Assembly (NCBI GenBank): GCA_964016885.1
Contig: OZ024758.1
Span: forward strand, 28,520,001 to 28,584,000
DNA from: Eledone cirrhosa
Taxonomy: Eukaryota
Direction: 5' to 3'
Length of the DNA stretch: 64,000 nucleotides
The number at the start of each line of letters is the position of its first letter. The stretch's first letter is position 1. The notes below the pieces were generated by a model. That model had not been told where the DNA came from and searched no databases. It was given only the letters and a program-made list of their open reading frames with translations. Positions 53,324 through 64,000 of this stretch are shown piece by piece. The position numbers and the translations under genes were made by a program.

Positions 53324-56300
53324 GACTTTATGTCAAGTCATACTATGCCATAAGGTGAGAACATTGCATCACTATAGCAACACAGCCCAAGACTTTATGT
53401 CAAGTCACACTATGCCATAAGGTGAGAACATTGCATCACTATAGCAACACAGCCCAAGACTTTATGTCAAGTCATACTATGCCATAAGGTGAGAACATTG
53501 CATCACTATAGCAACACAGCCCAAGACTTTATGTCAAGTCACACTATGCCATAAGGTGAGAACATTGCATCACTATAGCAACACAGCCCAAGACTTTATG
53601 TCAAGTCACACTATGCCATAAGGTGAGAACATTGCATCACTATAGCAACACAGCCCAAGACTTTATGTCAAGTCATACTATGCCATAAGGTGAGAACATT
53701 GCATCACTATAGCAACACAGCCCAAGACTTTATGTCAAGTCACACTATGCCATAAGGTGAGAACATTGCATCACTATAGCAACACAGCCCAAGACTTTAT
53801 GTCAAGTCATACTATGCCATAAGGTGAGAACATTGCATCACTATAGCAACACAGCCCAAGACTTTATGTCAAGTCATACTATGCCATAAGGTGAGAACAT
53901 TGCATCACTATAGCAACACAGCCCAAGACTTTATGTCAAGTCACACTATGCCATAAGGTGAGAACATTGCATCACTATAGCAACACAGCCCAAGACTTTA
54001 TATCAAGTCACACTATGCCATAAGGTGAGAACATTGCATCACTATAGCAACACAGCCCAAGACTTTATGTCAAGTCATACTATGCCATAAGGTGAGAACA
54101 TTGCATCATTATAGCAACACAGCCCAAGACTTTATGTCAAGTCATACTATGCCATAAGGTGAGAACATTGCATCACTATAGCAACACAGCCCAAGACTTT
54201 ATGTCAAGTCACACTATGCCATAAGGTGAGAACATTGCATCACTATAGCAACACAGCCCAAGACTTTATGTCAAGTCACACTATGCCATAAGGTGAGAAC
54301 ATTGCATCACTATAGCAACACAGCCCAAGACTTTATGTCAAGTCATACTATGCCATAAGGTGAGAACATTGCATCACTATAGCAACACAGCCCAAGACTT
54401 TATGTCAAGTCACACTATGCCATAAGGTGAGAACATTGCATCACTATAGCAACACAGCCCAAGACTTTATGTCAAGTCACACTATGCCATAAGGTGAGAA
54501 CATTGCATCACTATAGCAACACAGCCCAAGACTTTATGTCAAGTCACACTATGCCATAAGGTGAGAACATTGCATCACTATAGCAACACAGCCCAAGACT
54601 TTATGTCAAGTCACACTATGCCATAAGGTGAGAACATTGCATCACTATAGCAACACAGCCCAAGACTTTATGTCAAGTCATACTATGCCATAAGGTGAGA
54701 ACATTGCATCATTATAGCAACACAGCCCAAGACTTTATGTCAAGTCATACTATGCCATAAGGTGAGAACATTGCATCACTATAGCAACACAGCCCAAGAC
54801 TTTATGTCAAGTCATACTATGCCATAAGGTGAGAACATTGCATCACTATAGCAACACAGCCCAAGACTTTATGTCAAGTCATACTATGCCATAAGGTGAG
54901 AACATTGCATCATTATAGCAACACAGCCCAAGACTTTATGTCAAGTCATACTATGCCATAAGGTGAGAACATTGCATCATTATAGCAACACAGCCCAAGA
55001 CTTTATGTCAAGTCATACTATGCCATAAGGTGAGAACATTGCATCACTATAGCAACACAGCCCAAGACATTATGTCATGTCATACTATGCCATAAGGTGA
55101 GAACATTGCATCATTATAGCAACACAGCCCAAGACTTTATGTCAAGTCATACTATGCCATAAGGTGAGAACATTGCATCATTATAGCAACACAGCCCAAG
55201 ACTTTATGTCAAGTCATACTATGCCATAAGGTGAGAACATTGCATCACTATAGCAACACAGCCCAAGACTTTATGTCAAGTCATACTATGCCATAAGGTG
55301 AGAACATTGCATCACTATAGCAACACAGCCCAAGACTTTATGTCAAGTCATACTATGCCATAAGGTGAGAACATTGCATCATTATAGCAACACAGCCCAA
55401 GACTTTATGTCAAGTCATACTATGTCATAAGGTCAGAACATTGCATCACTATAGCAACACAGCCCAAGACTTTATGTCAAATCATACTATGCCATAAGGT
55501 GAGAACATTGCATCATTATAGCAACACAGCCCAAGACTTTATGTCAAGTCATACTATGCCATAAGGTGAGAACATTGCATCACTATAGCAACACAGCCCA
55601 AGACTTTATGTCAAGTCATACTATGCCATAAGGTGAGAACATTGCATCATTATAGCAACACAGCCCAAGACTTTATGTCAAGTCATACTATGCCATAAGG
55701 TGAGAACATTGCATCATTATAGCAACACAGCCCAAGACTTTATGTCAAGTCATACTATGCCATAAGGTGAGAACATTGCATCACTATAGCAACACAGCCC
55801 AAGACTTTATGTCAAGTCATACTATGCCATAAGGTGAGAACATTGCATCACTATAGCAACACAGCCCAAGACTTTATGTCAAGTCATACTATGCCATAAG
55901 GTGAGAACATTGCATCATTATAGCAACACAGCCCAAGACTTTATGTCAAGTCATACTATGCCATAATGTGAGAACATTGCATCATTATAGCAACACAGCC
56001 CAAGACTTTATGTCAAGTCATACTATGCCATAAGGTCAGAACATTGCATCACTATAGCAACACAGCCCAAGACTTTATGTCAAGTCATACTATGCCATAA
56101 GGTCAGAACATTGCATCATTATAGCAACACAGCCCAAGACTTTATGTCAAGTCATACTATGCCATAAGGTCAGAACATTGCATCATTATAGCAACACAGC
56201 CCAAGACTTTATGTCAAGTCATACTATGCCATAAGGTCAGAACATTGCATCATTATAGCAACACAGCCCAAGACTTTATGTCAAGTCATACTATGCCATA

Positions 56301-59300
56301 AGGTCAGAACATTGCATCATTATAGCAACACAGCCCAAGACTTTATGTCAAGTCATACTATGCCATAAGGTCAGAACATTGCATCATTATAGCAACACAG
56401 CCCAAGACTTTATGTCAAGTCATACTATGCCATAAGGTCAGAACATTGCATCATTATAGCAACACAGCCCAAGACTTTATGTCAAGTCATACTATGCCAT
56501 AAGGTCAGAACATTGCATCATTATAGCAACACAGCCCAAGACTTTATGTCAAGTCATACTATGCCATAAGGTCAGAACATTGCATCATTATAGCAACACA
56601 GCCCAAGACTTTATGTCAAGTCATACTATGCCATAAGGTCAGAACATTGCATCATTATAGCAACACAGCCCAAGACTTTATGTCAAGTCATACTATGCCA
56701 TAAGGTCAGAACATTGCATCACTAAAGCAACACAGCCCAAGACTTTATGTCAAGTCATACTATGCCATAAGGTGAGAACATTGCATCATTATAGCAACAC
56801 AGCCCAAGACATTATGTCAAGTCATACTATGCCATAAGGTCAGAACATTGCATCATTATAGCAACACAGCCCAAGACTTTATGTCAAGTCATACTATGCC
56901 ATAAGGTGAGAACATTGCATCATTATAGCAACACAGCCCAAGACATTATGTCAAGTCATACTATGCCATAAGGTCAGAACATTGCATCATTATAGCAACA
57001 CAGCCCAAGACTTTATGTCAAGTCATACTATGCCATAAGGTCAGAACATTGCATCACTAAAGCAACACAGCCCAAGACTTTATGTCAAGTCATACTATCC
57101 CATAAGGTCAGAACATTGCATCATTATAGCAACACAGCCCAAGACTTTATGTCAAGTCATACTATGCCATAAGGTGAGAACATTGCATCATTATAGCAAC
57201 ACAGACCAAGACTTTATGTCAAGTCACACTATGCCATAAGGTGAGAACATTGCATCATTATAGCAACACAGCCCAAGACTTTATGTCAAGTCATACTATG
57301 CCATAAGGTCAGAACATTGCATCATTATAGCAACACAGCCCAAGACTTTATGTCAAGTCATACTATGCCATAAGGTGAGAACATTGCATCACTATAGCAA
57401 CACAGCCCAAGACTTTATGTCAAGTCATACTATGCCATAAGGTGAGAACATTGCATCACTATAGCAACACAGCCCAAGACTTTATGTCAAGTCATACTAT
57501 GCCATAAGGTGAGAACATTGCATCATTATAGCAACACAGCCCAAGACTTTATGTCAAGTCATACTATGCCATAAGGTCAGAACATTGCATCATTATAGCA
57601 ACACAGCCCAAGACTTTATGTCAAGTCATACTATGCCATAAGGTCAGAACATTGCATCACTATAGCAACACAGCCCAAGACTTTATGTCAAGTCATACTA
57701 TGCCATAAGGTGAGAACATTGCATCATTATAGCAACACAGCCCAAGACTTTATGTCAAGTCATACTATGCCATAAGGTGAGAACATTGCATCATTATAGC
57801 AACACAGCCCAAGACTTTATGTCAAGTCATACTATGCCATAAGGTCAGAACATTGCATCATTATAGCAACACAGCCCAAGACTTTATGTCAAGTCACACT
57901 ATGCCATAAGGTGAGAACATTGCATCACTATAGCAACACAGCCCAAGACTTTATGTCAAGTCATACTATGCCATAAGGTCAGAACATTGCATCATTATAG
58001 CAACACAGCCCAAGACTTTATGTCAAGTCATACTATGCCATAAGGTCAGAACATTGCATCATTATAGCAACACAGCCCAAGACTTTATGTCAAGTCATAC
58101 TATGCCATAAGGTGAGAACATTGCATCACTATAGCAACACAGCCCAAGACTTTATGTCAAGTCATACTATGCCATAAGGTCAGAACATTGCATCATTATA
58201 GCAACACAGCCCAAGACTTTATGTCAAGTCATACTATGCCATAAGGTCAGAACATTGCATCATTATAGCAACACAGCCCAAGACTTTATGTCAAGTCATA
58301 CTATGCCATAAGGTGAGAACATTGCATCACTATAGCAACACAGCCCAAGACTTTATGTCAAGTCATACTATGCCATAAGGTCAGAACATTGCATCATTAT
58401 AGCAACACAGCCCAAGACTTTATGTCAAGTCATACTATGCCATAAGGTGAGAACATTGCATCATTATAGCAACACAGCCCAAGACTTTATGTCAAGTCAT
58501 ACTATGCCATAAGGTGAGAACATTGCATCACTATAGCAACACAGCCCAAGACTTTATGTCAAGTCATACTATGCCATAAGGTCAGAACATTGCATCATTA
58601 TAGCAACACAGCCCAAGACTTTATGTCAAGTCATACTATGCCATAAGGTCAGAACATTGCATCATTATAGCAACACAGCCCAAGACTTTATGTCAAGTCA
58701 TACTATGCCATAAGGTCAGAACATTGCATCATTATAGCAACACAGCCCAAGACTTTATGTCAAGTCATACTATGCCATAAGGTGAGAACATTGCATCACT
58801 ATAGCAACACAGCCCAAGACTTTATGTCAAGTCATACTATGCCATAAGGTCAGAACATTGCATCATTATAGCAACACAGCCCAAGACTTTATGTCAAGTC
58901 ATACTATGCCATAAGGTCAGAACATTGCATCATTATAGCAACACAGCCCAAGACTTTATGTCAAGTCATACTATGCCATAAGGTGAGAACATTGCATCAC
59001 TATAGCAACACAGCCCAAGACTTTATGTCAAGTCATACTATGCCATAAGGTCAGAACATTGCATCATTATAGCAACACAGCCCAAGACTTTATGTCAAGT
59101 CATACTATGCCATAAGGTCAGAACATTGCATCATTATAGCAACACAGCCCAAGACTTTATGTCAAGTCATACTATGCCATAAGGTGAGAACATTGCATCA
59201 CTATAGCAACACAGCCCAAGACTTTATGTCAAGTCATACTATGCCATAAGGTCAGAACATTGCATCATTATAGCAACACAGCCCAAGACTTTATGTCAAG

Positions 59301-62300
59301 TCATACTATGCCATAAGGTGAGAACATTGCATCATTATAGCAACACAGCCCAAGACTTTATGTCAAGTCACACTATGCCATAAGGTGAGAACATTGCATC
59401 ACTATAGCAACACAGCCCAAGACTTTATGTTAAGTCATACTATGCCATAAGGTGAGAACATTGCATCATTATAGCAACACAGCCCAAGACTTTATGTCAA
59501 GTTATACTATGCCATAAGGTGAGAACATTGCATCACTATAGCAACACAGCCCAAGACTTTATGTCAAGTCATACTATGCCATAAGGTCAGAACATTGCAT
59601 CATTATAGCAACACAGCCCAAGACTTTATGTCAAGTCATACTATGTCATAAGGTCAGAACATTGCATCACTATAGCAACACAGCCCAAGACTTTATGTCA
59701 AGTCACACTATCCCATAAGGTGAGAACATTGCATCATTATAGCAACACAGCCCAAGACATTATGTCAAGTCATACTATGCCATAAGGTCAGAACATTGCA
59801 TCACTATAGCAACACAGCCCAAGACTTTATGTCAAGTCATACTATGCCATAAGGTGAGAACATTGCATCACTATAGCAACACAGCCCAAGACTTTATGTC
59901 AAGTCATACTATGCCATAAGGTGAGAACATTGCATCATTATAGCAACACAGCCCAAGACTTTATGTCAAGTCATACTATGCCATAAGGTCAGAACATTGC
60001 ATCATTATAGCAACACAGCCCAAGACTTTATGTCAAGTCACACTATGCCATAAGGTGAGAACATTGCATCACTATAGCAACACAGCCCAAGACTTTATGT
60101 CAAGTCATACTATGCCATAAGGTCAGAACATTGCATCATTATAGCAACACAGCCCAAGACTTTATGTCAAGTCATACTATGCCATAAGGTCAGAACATTG
60201 CATCATTATAGCAACACAGCCCAAGACTTTATGTCAAATCATACTATGCCATAAGGTGAGAACATTGCATCACTATAGCAACACAGCCCAAGACTTTATG
60301 TCAAGTCATACTATGCCATAATGTGAGAACATTGCATCATTATAGCAACACAGCCCAAGACTTTATGTCAAGTCATACTATGCCATAAGGTGAGAACATT
60401 GCATCACTATAGCAACACAGCCCAAGACTTTATGTCAAGTCATACTATGCCATAAGGTCAGAACATTGCATCATTATAGCAACACAGCCCAAGACTTTAT
60501 GTCAAGTCATACTATGCCATAAGGTCAGAACATTGCATCATTATAGCAACACAGCCCAAGACTTTATGTCAAGTCATACTATGCCATAAGGTCAGAACAT
60601 TGCATCACTATAGCAACACAGCCCAAGACTTTATGTCAAGTCATACTATGCCATAAGGTCAGAACATTGCATCATTATAGCAACACAGCCCAAGACTTTA
60701 TGTCAAGTCATACTATGCCATAAGGTCAGAACATTGCATCATTATAGCAACACAGCCCAAGACTTTATGTCAAGTCATACTATGCCATAAGGTCAGAACA
60801 TTGCATCATTATAGCAACACAGCCCAAGACTTTATGTCAAGTCATACTATGCCATAAGGTCAGAACATTGCATCATTATAGCAACACAGCCCAAGACTTT
60901 ATGTCAAGTCATACTATGCCATAAGGTCAGAACATTGCATCATTATAGCAACACAGCCCAAGACTTTATGTCAAGTCATACTATGCCATAAGGTCAGAAC
61001 ATTACATCATTATAGCAACACAGCCCAAGACTTTATGTCAAGTCATACTATGCCATAAGGTCAGAACATTGCATCATTATAGCAACACAGCCCAAGACTT
61101 TATGTCAAGTCATACTATGCCATAAGGTCAGAACATTGCATCATTATAGCAACACAGCCCAGGACTTTATGTCAAGTCATACTATGCCATAAGGTCAGAA
61201 CATTGCATCATTATAGCAACACAGCCCAAGACTTTATGTCAAGTCATACTATGCCATAAGGTCAGAACATTGCATCACTAAAGCAACACAGCCCAAGACT
61301 TTATGTCAAGTCATACTATGCCATAAGGTGAGAACATTGCATCATTATAGCAACACAGCCCAAGACATTATGTCAAGTCATACTATGCCATAAGGTCAGA
61401 ACATTGCATCATTATAGCAACACAGCCCAAGACTTTATGTCAAGTCATACTATGCCATAAGGTGAGAACATTGCATCATTATAGCAACACAGCCCAAGAC
61501 ATTATGTCAAGTCATACTATGCCATAAGGTCAGAACATTGCATCATTATAGCAACACAGCCCAAGACTTTATGTCAAGTCATACTATGCCATAAGGTCAG
61601 AACATTGCATCATTATAGCAACACAGCCCAAGACTTTATGTCAAGTCATACTATGCCATAAGGTCAGAACATTGCATCATTATAGCAACACAGCCCAAGA
61701 CTTTATGTCAAGTCATACTATGCCATAAGGTGAGAACATTGCATCACTATAGCAACACAGCCCAAGACTTTATGTCAAGTCATACTATGCCATAAGGTGA
61801 GAACATTGCATCATTATAGCAACACAGCCCAAGACTTTATGTCAAGTCATACTATGCCATAAGGTGAGAACATTGCATCATTATAGCAACACAGACCAAG
61901 ACTTTATGTCAAGTCACACTATGCCATAAGGTGAGAACATTGCATCATTATAGCAACACAGCCCAAGACTTTATGTCAAGTCATACTATGCCATAAGGTC
62001 AGAACATTGCATCATTATAGCAACACAGCCCAAGACTTTATGTCAAGTCATACTATGCCATAAGGTGAGAACATTGCATCACTATAGCAACACAGCCCAA
62101 GACTTTATGTCAAGTCATACTATGCCATAAGGTGAGAACATTGCATCACTATAGCAACACAGCCCAAGACTTTATGTCAAGTCATACTATGCCATAAGGT
62201 GAGAACATTGCATCATTATAGCAACACAGCCCAAGACTTTATGTCAAGTCATACTATGCCATAAGGTCAGAACATTGCATCATTATAGCAACACAGCCCA

Positions 62301-64000
62301 AGACTTTATGTCAAGTCATACTATGCCATAAGGTCAGAACATTGCATCACTATAGCAACACAGCCCAAGACTTTATGTCAAGTCATACTATGCCATAAGG
62401 TGAGAACATTGCATCACTATAGCAACACAGCCCAAGACTTTATGTCAAGTCATACTATGCCATAAGGTGAGAACATTGCATCATTATAGCAACACAGCCC
62501 AAGACTTTATGTCAAGTCATACTATGCCATAAGGTCAGAACATTGCATCATTATAGCAACACAGCCCAAGACTTTATGTCAAGTCACACTATGCCATAAG
62601 GTGAGAACATTGCATCACTATAGCAACACAGCCCAAGACTTTATGTCAAGTCATACTATGCCATAAGGTCAGAACATTGCATCATTATAGCAACACAGCC
62701 CAAGACTTTATGTCAAGTCATACTATGCCATAAGGTCAGAACATTGCATCATTATAGCAACACAGCCCAAGACTTTATGTCAAGTCATACTATGCCATAA
62801 GGTGAGAACATTGCATCACTATAGCAACACAGCCCAAGACTTTATGTCAAGTCATACTATGCCATAAGGTCAGAATATTGCATCATTATAGCAACACAGC
62901 CCAAAACTTTATGTCAAGTCATACTATGCCATAAGGTCAGAACATTGCATCATTATAGCAACACAGCCCAAGACTTTATGTCAAGTCATACTATGCCATA
63001 AGGTGAGAACATTGCATCACTATAGCAACACAGCCCAAGACTTTATGTCAAGTCATACTATGCCATAAGGTCAGAACATTGCATCATTATAGCAACACAG
63101 CCCAAGACTTTATGTCAAGTCATACTATGCCATAAGGTCAGAACATTGCATCATTATAGCAACACAGCCCAAGACTTTATGTCAAGTCATACTATGCCAT
63201 AAGGTGAGAACATTGCATCACTATAGCAACACAGCCCAAGACTTTATGTCAAGTCATACTATGCCATAAGGTCAGAACATTGCATCATTATAGCAACACA
63301 GCCCAAGACTTTATGTCAAGTCATACTATGCCATAAGGTCAGAACATTGCATCATTATAGCAACACAGCCCAAGACATTATGTCAAGTCATACTATGCCA
63401 TAAGGTCAGAACATTGCATCATTATAGCAACACAGCCCAAGACTTTATGTCAAGTCATACTATGCCATAAGGTCAGAACATTGCATCATTATAGCAACAC
63501 AGCCCAAGACTTTATGTCAAGTCATACTATGCCATAAGGTCAGAACATTGCATCATTATAGCAACACAGCCCAAGACTTTATGTCAAGTCATACTATGCC
63601 ATAAGGTGAGAACATTGCATCACTATAGCAACACAGCCCAAGACTTTATGTCAAGTCATACTATGCCATAAGGTGAGAACATTGCATCATTATAGCAACA
63701 CAGCCCAAGACTTTATGTCAAGTCATACTATGCCATAAGGTGAGAACATTGCATCATTATAGCAACACAGACCAAGACTTTATGTCAAGTCACACTATGC
63801 CATAAGGTGAGAACATTGCATCATTATAGCAACACAGCCCAAGACTTTATGTCAAGTCATACTATGCCATAAGGTCAGAACATTGCATCATTATAGCAAC
63901 ACAGCCCAAGACTTTATGTCAAGTCATACTATGCCATAAGGTGAGAACATTGCATCACTATAGCAACACAGCCCAAGACTTTATGTCAAGTCATACTATG
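53324..64000. repeat. 67-bp tandem satellite, ~159 copies, runs off window end
   Basis: unit GACTTTATGTCAAGTCATACTATGCCATAAGGTSAGAACATTGCATCAYTATAGCAACACAGCCCAA. Confidence 0.98.

Noticed and set aside
53324-64000. CRISPR-like array interpretation of this and the other tandem arrays
   Set aside because: No unique spacers, no cas genes, eukaryotic intron context.

Overview
AT-rich, repeat-dense animal genomic DNA; the repeat landscape suggests a coleoid cephalopod, probably Octopus (inference). The whole window appears to lie inside one minus-strand gene, CAPS/CADPS (unc-31, calcium-dependent secretion activator). I traced nine GT-AG exons by hand (42733 down to 12565) that splice in frame into the end of the C2 region, the PH domain and the start of the DUF1041/MUN region, plus a candidate 18-nt microexon at 11275-11292. 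Its introns hold six tandem arrays (48, 84, 73, 37, ~104 and 67 bp units; about 40% of the window), two tRNA-derived SINE families, RTE and CR1 LINE fragments, TTAA piggyBac-type and hAT MITEs, and a non-autonomous Helitron. All long ORFs in the supplied track are repeat artefacts. The most notable oddities are a U6 snRNA-SINE chimeric retrocopy with a target-site duplication, the microexon, four long fold-back palindromes (one with a degenerate hammerhead motif), satellites visibly derived from transposon pieces, and a possible antisense nested exon encoding a transmembrane tail. I see no convincing wholly new multi-gene system. Repeat boundaries are read by eye and may be off by a few bases.
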